This document shows, one piece after another, positions 51,366-60,487 of a stretch of 64,000 nucleotides of DNA. The stretch covers positions 247,716-311,715 of the forward strand of contig JADJQS010000006.1 in the NCBI GenBank assembly GCA_016712635.1. The letters are read 5' to 3'. Made by a program: the position numbers and the translations under genes. The DNA is from Gammaproteobacteria bacterium (GTDB lineage Bacteria; Pseudomonadota; Gammaproteobacteria; SZUA-140). The notes below the pieces were generated by a model. That model did no database searches, had not been told where the DNA came from, and was given only the letters and a program-made list of their open reading frames with translations. The first letter of the stretch is position 1; the number at the start of each line of letters is the position of its first letter.

Positions 51366-52016
51366 ATGTGGAAGCGTAAGAGCAGGTATATGATGAGTAC
51401 CGGACTGGGCGTGTTCATGGCTGCGGCGAGCGTCGCCGCAACGGCCGCGCCCGGAGACTGGCTGGTGCGCGTCGGCCCGGTGAGCGTCAGCCCCAATGAC
51501 GAGAGCGGCGAGTTGTCCGGTATCGCCGGCGGCGAGGTCTCCGTGGCGGGCGATACCAGCCTGGGCATCACGCTCGGCTACATGCTGAGCGACAAGCTCG
51601 GCATCGGCGTGCTCGGCGCGCTGCCGTTCAAGCACGAGATCAGCGGCGAGGGGTCGATCGCCGGCCTGAACGCCATCGCGGACGTGGAACACCTGCCGCC
51701 GACCGTGACGCTGCAGTACCACTTCTCGCCGGAAGCCGGTGTGCGTCCCTACGTGGGCGCGGGGCTCAACTACACCACGTTCTTCAGCGAGGAAACCAAG
51801 GGCGCGCTGGACGGTACCGACATCAGCCTGGATGCATCCTTCGGGCTGGCCGTGGAGGCCGGGGTGGACGTCGACATCAACCAGGACTGGTTCCTGAGCG
51901 CGCAGTTCTGGTACATCGACATTGCGACCACGGCGGAGCTGGGCGGCGGCATCGGCGAGATCGATGTCGACATCAATCCCTGGGTGTTCATGCTCGGCGC
52001 GGGCCGCAGCTTCTGA
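51366..52016 (+). CDS. ompW: outer membrane protein OmpW
   Basis: AGGAGA RBS; signal peptide; ..RVGPVSVSPNDESG..PYVGAGLNYTTFF..NPWVFMLGAGRSF typical OmpW 8-strand barrel with C-terminal F. Confidence 0.85.
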   Translation: MWKRKSRYMMSTGLGVFMAAASVAATAAPGDWLVRVGPVSVSPNDESGELSGIAGGEVSVAGDTSLGITLGYMLSDKLGIGVLGALPFKHEISGEGSIAGLNAIADVEHLPPTVTLQYHFSPEAGVRPYVGAGLNYTTFFSEETKGALDGTDISLDASFGLAVEAGVDVDINQDWFLSAQFWYIDIATTAELGGGIGEIDVDINPWVFMLGAGRSF

Positions 52017-52068
52017 TGAGTCCCGGCGCCATGCCGGCGCAGGGGAAGGTTTTTGGAGGGGGCGATGT

Positions 52069-52096
52069 GGGCCGCATGGACGCGGCCCCGTCCTTT
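52069..52096 (+). terminator. candidate terminator for ompW (GGGCCGC-atggac-GCGGCCC then weak T-run)
   Basis: 7-bp GC stem 50 nt after ompW stop; T-run is short. Confidence 0.35.
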
Positions 52097-52104
52097 ACGG
52101 TGTC

Positions 52105-52128
52105 AAAAAAAACCCGCCTTGCGGCGGG
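52105..52128 (-). terminator. rho-independent terminator on minus strand (CCCGCC-gcaa-GGCGGG followed by T8)
   Basis: 6-bp GC stem with 8-nt U-run on minus strand, about 60 nt downstream of the small ORF 52187..52270. Confidence 0.5.
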
Positions 52129-52186
52129 GCAGCGATGGATCCGTCAAGTATGTAGATAGTGTGTTATGTGAACGCGACGTTCCAGT

Positions 52187-52270
52187 TCAGGCCGTGGAAA
52201 ATCCGGTCACGATAAAGGCGAGGATCAATACGCCGCCGGTGCCGAGTACCATGAAAAATGCAGGATGCAT
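52187..52270 (-). CDS. candidate small membrane peptide (27 aa, MHPAFFMVLGTGGVLILAFIVTGFSTA)
   Basis: ATG preceded by GGAGGG at -8; single predicted TM helix; followed by strong terminator; too short for the ORF track. Confidence 0.4.
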   Translation of the reverse strand: MHPAFFMVLGTGGVLILAFIVTGFSTA

Positions 52271-52620
52271 GACGTTTCCCTCCTATCATTTCAATCGAAC
52301 ATGAGGCGATGCACCGCCTCGCTGATGTCGAACTGATCTCGGTGCAACTGTTGCAACTGAGGTGCTGTACAGCATGGAGAGATGCGCTGACTTCGCCGCC
52401 GTGCTGTGTTTTCCCCCGGCCCAGGGCGGGCCATCAGCGGCGATCATCGCGCTCAATGTATAGCAGATATACCGCGGGATGTCTCGTACAGGCCCCGTAC
52501 CGCCACAAACGGAATAACATAGCAAAACAGTCAGGTATTCTGGCGCAAGCCCGCTCACGCGCCGGTGACCTTCCACCACGCGGTCGGGCGACAAAAGGCA
52601 GGCATCCCCGTCGCGCGGGT

Positions 52621-53184
52621 TCAGGAAACAGTGGCCTCCGACTTCTTCCTGGCCGGCTGTTTCCGCGGCTTGTCCATCGGCGCGGCGGCCTTCTCGAGCC
52701 AGTCCGCGATCGTGGTCTTCAGGTTGCCGAATTCCTGTTCCAGCGCGGCGGTCGCGGTGGCGAACGCCTTGTGACCCCTGGTCGCCAGTCCGGCCTCCTG
52801 CGCCAGGCGCGCATCGACCTCGCGTTCGGCGGCCAGCCAGTCGTCCTCGGGGGAGCCGTCGCGGAAGCCGCGCTGCTCGGCGCGCACGAAGGCGGCGAGC
52901 CGGATCATCTCGATGCGCTCCTCCGGAGTCACCCACACCCCGAGCAGCACCGTCTTCGCCGTCCTGCCGATGCCCTCGATCCTGATGCGCCCCTGTTCCA
53001 CGTCGGCGAGGAAGCGGCGCAGATAGGGCAGGAATGAATCGCCAAACTTCTCCAGCGCGAACTCGCTGAAATCGCGCACGCTGTGTCCCGCCGCGAGCAT
53101 GTGCTCGAAGGCGTTCTGGAGAGGGGTCCTGGCGGCGTCGTATCTTTCGGGGTCGATCGCTGAATCCATGGTGTCCTTTCTCAT
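52621..53184 (-). CDS. hypothetical protein with C-terminal DUF2934-like motif
   Basis: AAGGAGA RBS; DDWLAAEREV resembles DUF2934 core (DWxxAExE); otherwise unassigned. Confidence 0.5.
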   Translation of the reverse strand: MRKDTMDSAIDPERYDAARTPLQNAFEHMLAAGHSVRDFSEFALEKFGDSFLPYLRRFLADVEQGRIRIEGIGRTAKTVLLGVWVTPEERIEMIRLAAFVRAEQRGFRDGSPEDDWLAAEREVDARLAQEAGLATRGHKAFATATAALEQEFGNLKTTIADWLEKAAAPMDKPRKQPARKKSEATVS

Positions 53185-53268
53185 GCCGGTTCTCCTTTAG
53201 GCTGCGCGCATTGCGGGTCGGTGGTTCCGGAGCGGCCGCGCGTTTGTGCCGGTCCGACGGGTGGGGCG

Positions 53269-53739
53269 TCAGGCGTGACGGCTGAAACTTCCGTGCTGCG
53301 CGTACGCGAACAGTACGTCGAACTCACTGCCGTCCATGTGGATCAGTTCTTCGTGGTCTCCCGCCTCGAAATAGAGGTCGGCGTGTTCCGCAAGGGCGTC
53401 GTCCACCACGGTCGGCAGGCCGTAGATCATGCCGAGGGGAGGGATCGCGCCGGTGGCGCAGTCACGGAAGATCCGCGCAAGGTCGCGTTCGGTCGCGAGA
53501 CGCAGCGAGCGCCGCAACTGTTTGCGCAGCAGGCCGAGCTGGACATAGTGGGTCGCGGGGACCACCGCCATCACGAAACCGTCTTCGTCTTCCAGGATGA
53601 CTGCCTTGGCGAGCGCGTCGCCGGGGATATGGGCCGCTTCCGCGGTCTCCATGCTTGATCGCGTCTGCGGATGCAGGACGACGTCGTAGTGAATACCCTG
53701 CCGGACCATGAAGTCCTGGAGGGTGTGGGCGATGGACAT
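53269..53739 (-). CDS. YbaK/ProX-type aminoacyl-tRNA deacylase domain protein
   Basis: 156 aa with YbaK/EbsC family pattern (..AHIPGDALAKAVIL.DEDGFVMAVVPATH..). Confidence 0.75.
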   Translation of the reverse strand: MSIAHTLQDFMVRQGIHYDVVLHPQTRSSMETAEAAHIPGDALAKAVILEDEDGFVMAVVPATHYVQLGLLRKQLRRSLRLATERDLARIFRDCATGAIPPLGMIYGLPTVVDDALAEHADLYFEAGDHEELIHMDGSEFDVLFAYAQHGSFSRHA

Positions 53740-53867
53740 GTCGTGTACTCCTGTGCTGGCACCTCGTCGAGTTTTGTTTGTTATAGCGGCAGTATACTCC
53801 CGGCATGCGGAAGGGAAACAGTGCGAGGTGGAAGTGTATCGCGCGATGCGTTGCTGTGTTATGCGAT

Positions 53868-53892
53868 GGGGACAGACTTCAAGTCTGTCCCC
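53868..53892. repeat. REP-like palindrome variant GGGGACAGACTTcAAGTCTGTCCCC
   Basis: perfect 12-bp arms, intergenic between ybaK-like and permease genes. Confidence 0.7.
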
Positions 53893-54004
53893 TGGCTCGC
53901 GTTACAGGGAGTGACGCCCCGCGTATCTGTCGCCATATTTATAGAGAAAAAACATCGCAATGGCGGTGATTATTCAAGCGGACATTGATTATCGTGGCGC
54001 CGCC

Positions 54005-55252
54005 TCAGGCGCCAATCATCGACCAGACCTGGAAGCCGAGCAGGAGCAGGGTGAAGACCAGTCCGAGCGCGGGGATCCATGCCGGATAGGATACGGCACC
54101 CGCGACCGCGGCCCCGCGCCGCTTGATGACCAGCAGCGTGACCTGCATGCAGGCGAAGATGCACAGGGTGATGAAACTCGTCGCCTTGGCCAGGCCGACC
54201 AGCGAAAATCCCAGCGCCAGCGTCAGCACGATGGCGCCGACGATGAGTGTCGCCCGCAGCGGGGTGCGCGTGCGGGGGTGGACGGCGCCGAGGCCGCGCG
54301 GCGCGAGCCGCTGCGCGGCCATGCCGTAGATCACGCGCGAGGCCATGATGATCTGGATCAGCGCGCCGTTGACCACCGCGATCAGCCCGATGATGCTGAT
54401 GGCGTCCTCGGCGGACTGGCTGTGGCGCCGCACGATATCCACCAGCGGGGCCTTGCTCGCGCCGAGTTCGGCGAGCGGCAGCGCGGCGACCGCGGTGATG
54501 GACACCAGCATGTACAGCACGGTGCTGAGTCCGAGCGCGGCCAGGATGCCGAGCGGCAGCGTGATGCGCGGTTTCTTTACCTCCTCCGCGAGATTCACCA
54601 TGTCCTCGAAGCCGATGAAGGCGTAGAAGGCGAGGAACGATCCCAGCAGGATGCCGCTCCAGACCTGCGCGTCGAGCGGCGGCATGAGGCCGGTGAACGA
54701 ACGCAGGCCGGCGATCGTCGCATCGCCGGCGCTGTAGAGCACCAGCAGCAGGCCGCCGACCTCGATCACGGTGACAACGGCCGCCACGGCCACCGATTCG
54801 GTGATGCCCCAGGCCGCGACGGCCGTTAACGCCATCACCAGCACCAGGATGATGAGCCACGGCGGCGCCTCCACGAAGACGTGGAAGTAGCCGACGAAGC
54901 CGTTGGAGATGGTCGCGGCGGAGACAGAGCCGACCGCCACCACGGACCAGCCGAGCAGGCCGGAGAACCAGCGGCGGCCGAAGGCGACCTCGGCGTAATA
55001 GGCCTCGCCCGCGCTGCGCGGGTAGCGCGAGGACAGTTCCGCGAAGGTGAAGGCGGTGAAGGTCGCGACGACGGCCGAGATCAGGAAGGCCATCGGCACG
55101 TACATGCCGGCGTGCAGCGCGACCTTGCCCACCAGCACATAGATTCCGGCGCCGATGATGGTGCCGAGCCCGTACAGGGTGAGGAGGGGCAGGTTGATGC
55201 TGCGCTTCAGCGCGGGCTGCGCCGGGTCCGTGCCGGTGTCTTCAGTTTGCAT
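54005..55252 (-). CDS. APC-superfamily amino acid permease
   Basis: 415 aa, 12 TM, N-terminal GxGxxIGxGIY motif typical of amino acid/polyamine transporters. Confidence 0.85.
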   Translation of the reverse strand: MQTEDTGTDPAQPALKRSINLPLLTLYGLGTIIGAGIYVLVGKVALHAGMYVPMAFLISAVVATFTAFTFAELSSRYPRSAGEAYYAEVAFGRRWFSGLLGWSVVAVGSVSAATISNGFVGYFHVFVEAPPWLIILVLVMALTAVAAWGITESVAVAAVVTVIEVGGLLLVLYSAGDATIAGLRSFTGLMPPLDAQVWSGILLGSFLAFYAFIGFEDMVNLAEEVKKPRITLPLGILAALGLSTVLYMLVSITAVAALPLAELGASKAPLVDIVRRHSQSAEDAISIIGLIAVVNGALIQIIMASRVIYGMAAQRLAPRGLGAVHPRTRTPLRATLIVGAIVLTLALGFSLVGLAKATSFITLCIFACMQVTLLVIKRRGAAVAGAVSYPAWIPALGLVFTLLLLGFQVWSMIGA

Positions 55253-55268
55253 GTATCAATCCGCGAGC

Positions 55269-55322
55269 GGGGACAGATCCGGCATTCGGCATAGAGAGGG
55301 GACAGATTTCAAATCTGTCCCC
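55269..55322. repeat. REP-like cluster: half-site GGGGACAGATCC plus full palindrome GGGGACAGATTTcAAATCTGTCCCC
   Basis: intergenic between permease start and peroxiredoxin end. Confidence 0.7.
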
Positions 55323-55330
55323 ATCCCGGA

Positions 55331-55990
55331 TTATTTCGGCTGCGGCACAATGCGCAGGTAGGGTTTCGGCGCCTTCCATCCGCCGGGGAATTTCTTCTTC
55401 GCGTCCTCGTCCGAGACGGAGGGGACGATGATGACGTCGTTGCCGGGCTTCCAGTTCGCAGGCGTCGCGACCTTGTGCTTCGCCGTGAGCTGGATCGAGT
55501 CGAGCACGCGCAGCACCTCGTCGAAGTTGCGGCCGGTGCTCATCGGGTAGGTGAACATCGCCTTGACCAGCTTGTCGGGGCCAATCAGGAACACGGTCCG
55601 CACGGTGGCGTTGTCGATCGCCTTGCGGTCCTTCGCCGTGCCGCTCGCGTTCGGGTGGATCATGTCGTAGAGCTTCGCGACCTTCAGGTCGGTGTCGCCG
55701 ATCATCGGGTAGTTGACCCGGTGGCCCTGGGTCTCCTCGATGTCCTTCGCCCACGCGGAGTGGTCGCTCACCGGGTCGATGCTGAGCCCCATGACCTTGC
55801 AGTTGCGTTTGTCGAATTCCTTCTTGAGTCCGGCCATGTAGCCGAGCTCGGTGGTGCACACCGGCGTGAAGTCCTTGGGATGCGAGAACAGGATGGCCCA
55901 GCCGTCGCCGATCCATTGATGGAAGTGAATCGTCCCTTCGGTGGTTTCCGCGCTGAAATCGGGTGCCGTATCGCCTATATGCAGGGACAT
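55331..55990 (-). CDS. 1-Cys peroxiredoxin (Prx6 family)
   Basis: FTPVCTTE peroxidatic Cys motif, no resolving Cys; 219 aa. Confidence 0.9.
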   Translation of the reverse strand: MSLHIGDTAPDFSAETTEGTIHFHQWIGDGWAILFSHPKDFTPVCTTELGYMAGLKKEFDKRNCKVMGLSIDPVSDHSAWAKDIEETQGHRVNYPMIGDTDLKVAKLYDMIHPNASGTAKDRKAIDNATVRTVFLIGPDKLVKAMFTYPMSTGRNFDEVLRVLDSIQLTAKHKVATPANWKPGNDVIIVPSVSDEDAKKKFPGGWKAPKPYLRIVPQPK

Positions 55991-56305
55991 GGATGACCTC
56001 CTGTGTTGTGTGTCTATGGAATGGCCAGATATACGAGCCTAGCATGATACAGGCTCTGCATCATCTGCGGCATCTTCGCTGTTTGGACGCCGTGCATGAT
56101 GGATCATTCTGCCCGCGCCGCGCCCGCGCCGTGAGAATTCAGATTGCTGTTCGGGAATATTAAATTACGTATTGTCATTACTTATATTTTATTCCTGTGT
56201 CAGACTCTCATTACGACGCTGCGAAGCAGGCATCAGGGTGGCGTCGGCATGGTGAAAGGCCTTACAATTTTTCAACCAAAGGATTTTTCTGAACAGGAGG
56301 TCGTT

Positions 56306-56617
56306 ATGACAAGCGATACCAAGGGTGCGAGGGACAGGCTGGTCGAGGATCTGAGGGCCGTCGTACAGGACGCGGAAGAGCTGCTCAAGGCCACCGCCGG
56401 CCAGACCGGCGAGAAGATCAGCGCGGTGCGCATCCGCGCCGAAGCGAGCCTGCGCGCGGCGCGCGACAGGCTGGGCGAGCTGGAGCACGACGTGATGGAG
56501 CGCGCACGCACGGCAGCCAAGGCGACCGACGAACTGGTGCACGAAAAGCCCTGGCAGTCCATCGCGGTCGCGGCGGGCGTGGCCTTCCTGCTCGGACTGC
56601 TCGCCGGAAGGCGCTAG
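56306..56617 (+). CDS. DUF883 (ElaB/YqjD-like) membrane-anchored ribosome-associated stress protein
   Basis: GGAGG RBS; 103 aa, C-terminal TM anchor ..WQSIAVAAGVAFLLGLLAGRR typical of ElaB/YqjD/YgaM. Confidence 0.8.
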   Translation: MTSDTKGARDRLVEDLRAVVQDAEELLKATAGQTGEKISAVRIRAEASLRAARDRLGELEHDVMERARTAAKATDELVHEKPWQSIAVAAGVAFLLGLLAGRR

Positions 56618-56621
56618 CCCG

Positions 56622-57029
56622 ATGGAGGACGGTTCGGCCGCCGAGGCGGAGTCCGGCCGCGCGACCGGCGTGCTGGCCTCGCTGCGGCGTCTGCTGGCGA
56701 CGGCCGCCGAGATCCTGCAGACCCGCCTCGAACTGCTCTCCGTCGAACTGGAGGAGAGCGGGCACCTGCTGCGTGATCTGCTGACCTACGCCCTCATTGC
56801 GCTGTTCTTCCTCGGCTTCGGCATGCTGCTGCTGACCCTGCTGGTCGTCGTGATCTTCTGGGACACCTACCGCCTGCCGGTTCTCGCCGGAGTCACCGCC
56901 CTGTATCTCGCCGTCGGTATCGGCGCCGCCCTGCGGGTGCGCCATACCCTGAGGACGCGCCCGCGCCTGTTCGCCGCCACGCTGGGTGAGCTCGGCAAGG
57001 ATCGCGAACGCCTGGATCCCCGGGCATGA
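56622..57029 (+). CDS. YqjE-like inner-membrane protein (DUF1469-like)
   Basis: 135 aa with two TM helices, directly downstream of DUF883 gene as in E. coli yqjD-yqjE-yqjK. Confidence 0.6.
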   Translation: MEDGSAAEAESGRATGVLASLRRLLATAAEILQTRLELLSVELEESGHLLRDLLTYALIALFFLGFGMLLLTLLVVVIFWDTYRLPVLAGVTALYLAVGIGAALRVRHTLRTRPRLFAATLGELGKDRERLDPRA

Positions 57030-57322
57030 GCGGGCGCAGGGAATACCTGCGCCTGCGGCGCGAATACCTGGTGTCGCAGGCCGCGGCCCAGCGCAGCGAG
57101 GTCGCCTGGCTCGCCGGGAATCTGCAGCGGCGTCTGCGTGTGGCGGACGTCGCGCTGGCCGCGGCGCGCTCGCCGCTGATATTGCCGGTGCTGGGCGTGG
57201 GCGCTGCCCTGCTGCTGCGGCGCACGCCGCGCAAACGGATCCTGAGCTGGAGCGGCCGCCTGTTCGCCGCGTGGCGGCTGTTCCGCATGATGCGGCGGCG
57301 TTTCAGTTCACCGCCCGGGTGA
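57026..57322 (+). CDS. YqjK-like small protein
   Basis: 98 aa, ATGA overlap with upstream gene, Arg-rich with one TM, third position of yqjDEK-like operon. Confidence 0.5.
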   Translation: MSGRREYLRLRREYLVSQAAAQRSEVAWLAGNLQRRLRVADVALAAARSPLILPVLGVGAALLLRRTPRKRILSWSGRLFAAWRLFRMMRRRFSSPPG

Positions 57323-57348
57323 ACTGGTGAAATGGGGACTGCTGGAGC

Positions 57349-57429
57349 GGGGACAGATTTATTAATCTGGTGGGTGGAATGGGGACAGATTTGAAATCTG
57401 TCCCCGATATCCCGTATAAATCTGTCCCC
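57349..57429. repeat. REP-like cluster (one imperfect, one perfect GGGGACAGATTTgAAATCTGTCCCC, one half-site)
   Basis: sits between convergent yqjK-like (+) and uppP (-) genes, likely bidirectional terminator. Confidence 0.7.
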
Positions 57430-57439
57430 GAAGTCCTGC

Positions 57440-58240
57440 TTACCAGAAATACGCCAGCACCACGAGGCCGAAGCCGATGCGGTAATACGCGAAGGCGGAG
57501 AAGTCGTGCCTAGCGACGTAGGCGAGGAAGAGCCTGACCACCACCAGCGCGGTCAGGAAGGCGGCGATGAAGCCGGCGGCGAAGATCGGGATGTCGTCCG
57601 CCACCAGTAGGTCGCGGCTCTTGTAGAGGTCGTACAGCGTCGCGGCGAACATGGTCGGGATGGCGAGGAAGAACGAGAACTCGGTCGCCGCCGTGCGCGA
57701 CAGGCCGCTGATCAAACCGCCCATGATGGTGGCGCCGGAGCGCGACACGCCGGGGTAGAGCGCGCAGCACTGGGCGAGCCCGACCTTCAGCGCGTCGAGC
57801 GGACGGATGTCGTCCACGCTGTGGATGCGCGGCGACCGCGCGCGGCGCTCGATCAGCAGGATCAGTATGCCGCCGACGATCAGCGCGCCGGCGACGCTCA
57901 CCGGGTTGAACAGATAGTGCTTGATCGCGCCGTGGAACAGCAGGCCGACGACCGCGGCGGGCAGGAAGGCGATGAACAGGTTGAGCACGAAGCGCTGCGA
58001 GGCGGGCTGGTCGAGCGTGCGGGCGATGCCGGTCACCTTGTGCCGGTACAGCCACACCACGCCGAGGATCGACCCGAGCTGGATGAAGATCTCGAAGGTC
58101 TTGGCGCTGTCGCCGGTGAAGCCGAGCAGGTCCCCCGCGATGATGAGGTGGCCCGTGGAGGAAACGGGCAGGAACTCGGTCATGCCCTCGAGAATGCCGA
58201 GCAGGATCGCCTTGAGCAGCAGCAGGGTATCAACGATCAT
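57440..58240 (-). CDS. uppP: undecaprenyl-diphosphatase UppP (BacA)
   Basis: 266 aa, EGxTEFLPVSSTGH and PGxSRSGxT motifs. Confidence 0.9.
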   Translation of the reverse strand: MIVDTLLLLKAILLGILEGMTEFLPVSSTGHLIIAGDLLGFTGDSAKTFEIFIQLGSILGVVWLYRHKVTGIARTLDQPASQRFVLNLFIAFLPAAVVGLLFHGAIKHYLFNPVSVAGALIVGGILILLIERRARSPRIHSVDDIRPLDALKVGLAQCCALYPGVSRSGATIMGGLISGLSRTAATEFSFFLAIPTMFAATLYDLYKSRDLLVADDIPIFAAGFIAAFLTALVVVRLFLAYVARHDFSAFAYYRIGFGLVVLAYFW

Positions 58241-58405
58241 GGAGCGGGTTTCCCGGGTGCATGTATGGTTTTTTGTTTGAGGCCGGCATCCGGAGTTCGT
58301 CCGCGCGGGGGCCGCGATAAAGACGGGGATTTTACCCGCTAACTCGGCTATGATCCATGGCTTATTGTCCGGCCGTTGCGGGGTTGCCCGGTTGTCAGGT
58401 TGTCC

Positions 58406-58503
58406 TGGGGACAGATTTAAAATCTGTCCCCGGCAAGGTGGCGGTAAGAGAGGTCAAGGGGACGGATTTGAAATCCGTCCCCGTTATCGCGCAAATCCGT
58501 CCC
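58406..58503. repeat. REP-like cluster: GGGGACAGATTTaAAATCTGTCCCC, variant GGGGACGGATTTgAAATCCGTCCCC, plus half-site AAATCCGTCCCC
   Basis: in divergent uppP/dedA intergenic region. Confidence 0.7.
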
Positions 58504-58555
58504 CGATATTGCGCGAAATAGCATGTGATTACGCAGAGAGGATCCCGCTGTCGTC

Positions 58556-59200
58556 ATGGAACTGATCACCGCCGCCGTGGACGTTCTGCTCCACCTGGAC
58601 CGCCACCTCGAGGCCCTGATCGCCGCCTATGGCATGTGGGTCTACGTCATCCTCTTCCTGATCATCTTCTGTGAAACCGGACTGGTGGTGACGCCGTTCC
58701 TGCCCGGCGATTCGCTGCTGTTCGTGGTCGGCACGCTCGCGGGCGCGGGTCTGCTCGACGTCGGCTGGATCATCCCGAGCCTGATCATCGCCGCCATCCT
58801 CGGCGACAGCGTGAACTACTGGATCGGCGGGCTCGCGGGACCCGCGGTGTTCAGGCGGGACGACTCGCTGCTGTTCAAGCGCCGCCACCTGGAGCGCACC
58901 CACCAATTCTACGAACGCCACGGCGGCAAGACCATCATCATCGCCCGCTTCGTCCCCATCGTCCGCACCTTCGCCCCCTTCGTGGCGGGCATCGGACGCA
59001 TGGCCTACGCGCGCTTCCTCGCCTACAACGTGACGGGCGCCGTGGCCTGGGTCACGCTTTTCGTCGGCGCCGGTTACTGGTTCGGCGACCTGCCGGTGGT
59101 CAGGCAGAACCTGACCCTCATCATATTCGGCATCATCATCGTGTCCGTCCTGCCCGGCGTGTTCGAATACCTGCGCCATCGCAGGCGGCCGGGGACCTGA
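58556..59200 (+). CDS. DedA-family (SNARE-associated) membrane protein
   Basis: 214 aa; [15 protein letters not shown] and re-entrant loop pattern typical of DedA/TVP38. Confidence 0.85.
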   Translation: MELITAAVDVLLHLDRHLEALIAAYGMWVYVILFLIIFCETGLVVTPFLPGDSLLFVVGTLAGAGLLDVGWIIPSLIIAAILGDSVNYWIGGLAGPAVFRRDDSLLFKRRHLERTHQFYERHGGKTIIIARFVPIVRTFAPFVAGIGRMAYARFLAYNVTGAVAWVTLFVGAGYWFGDLPVVRQNLTLIIFGIIIVSVLPGVFEYLRHRRRPGT

Positions 59201-59241
59201 CCCTTGCCCGGACGGTATCTGCTGACGGAGTCGCATCGGCC

Positions 59242-60396
59242 ATGCGCAACATCCGTGGAGAATCGATAAGACCCCGTCGTTCGCGGGTCGTGCGGCATCT
59301 CATCCGGTGCGCGCTGCCCGCCGCCCTGCTGGCGCAGCCTGCCTGGGCGCAGGCCGCCGCGCCCGCCGGGGAGGGCGCGGAACCGGTCGCGCATTACGGC
59401 CTGCTGCGCACGCGCGACCTGTCGCCGTTCGGGTTCCTGAGGCTCGACATGCGGCCCGCCCACGCCGTGGTGAGCCCGCCGGGCAATTGGGCGGTGGAGG
59501 CCGATTTCGGCTACCAGAACACCTGGGTGCTGAGCCGGAACGTGAAGACCTACCTGAACACGCTGCCGGGGCGGCGGGGACTCGGGCCGGACGAGGTGCA
59601 GGCCATCCGCGACCTTCCCGGCGAGGCCTTCCTGGTCGATCTCGAACTCGGCCTGCTCGATATCACCTTCCATCGCAAGTTCACCGAAAACTGGGGAGTG
59701 TTCGCCACGGTGAGCGGCGTGATGTACACCGGCGGATTCCTCGACGGCGGCATCGAGTGGTTTCACCGCAGCCTGGATTTCCCCGACGCCGCCCGGCCCC
59801 GGGCGGGACGCAACGACGTCCATGTCATCTTCGACCTGAAGGGTTCCCAGACCACGCTGACGTCCCTGCCGGACGGCGGCCTGCTCGATCCGATTTTCGG
59901 CGCCCGTTACACGGCGGCCCCGGGCCGCGCGCCGTGGAACTACGTGATCGAGTGGGCGGTCAAGGTTCCCTTCGACGGCGAGCGGGAGTTCTTCTCGACG
60001 GGCCATTTCGATTTCGGGGTGCAGGCCACCGCGCAGCGCTTCATGCATCGCCATGCCGCCTATGCGAGCCTGGCGGCGGTCCACTCCCGGTCAAACTCGG
60101 TCGCCCCGGCCACCGAGGAGTTCATCCCCACCGTGATCCTCGGCTACGAATACGCGCTGAACGGGCACACGAACCTGAACGCCCAGCTTTACATGAGCCC
60201 GAGCGTGTTCACCAGCGCGGACACCGGGCTGGACGAACTGCGCGACAACAAGTACCAGATGTCGTTCGGGCTGCGCCACCGAATCGGGTCGTCGCTGATC
60301 ACCGTCGGGGTGACGGAAAACCTCGTCTATTTCAACAACAGCCCCGACTTCGGTTTTCAGACGGCCTGGATCTACAGCCCGGCGTTCGCACACTGA
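59242..60396 (+). CDS. hypothetical exported protein, possibly DUF3187-like outer-membrane protein
   Basis: Arg-rich N-terminus then hydrophobic signal (ALLAQPAWA); beta-rich; weak recollection of DUF3187 pattern only. Confidence 0.45.
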   Translation: MRNIRGESIRPRRSRVVRHLIRCALPAALLAQPAWAQAAAPAGEGAEPVAHYGLLRTRDLSPFGFLRLDMRPAHAVVSPPGNWAVEADFGYQNTWVLSRNVKTYLNTLPGRRGLGPDEVQAIRDLPGEAFLVDLELGLLDITFHRKFTENWGVFATVSGVMYTGGFLDGGIEWFHRSLDFPDAARPRAGRNDVHVIFDLKGSQTTLTSLPDGGLLDPIFGARYTAAPGRAPWNYVIEWAVKVPFDGEREFFSTGHFDFGVQATAQRFMHRHAAYASLAAVHSRSNSVAPATEEFIPTVILGYEYALNGHTNLNAQLYMSPSVFTSADTGLDELRDNKYQMSFGLRHRIGSSLITVGVTENLVYFNNSPDFGFQTAWIYSPAFAH

Positions 60397-60487
60397 GCGT
60401 TGCCCCGCGTCCCGATCCGCCGGGCGGATTCATTGTGCGGCGGCATGGGGTATACTTGAGCCCAAAAAAACGGTCCTGTCGATCTCC

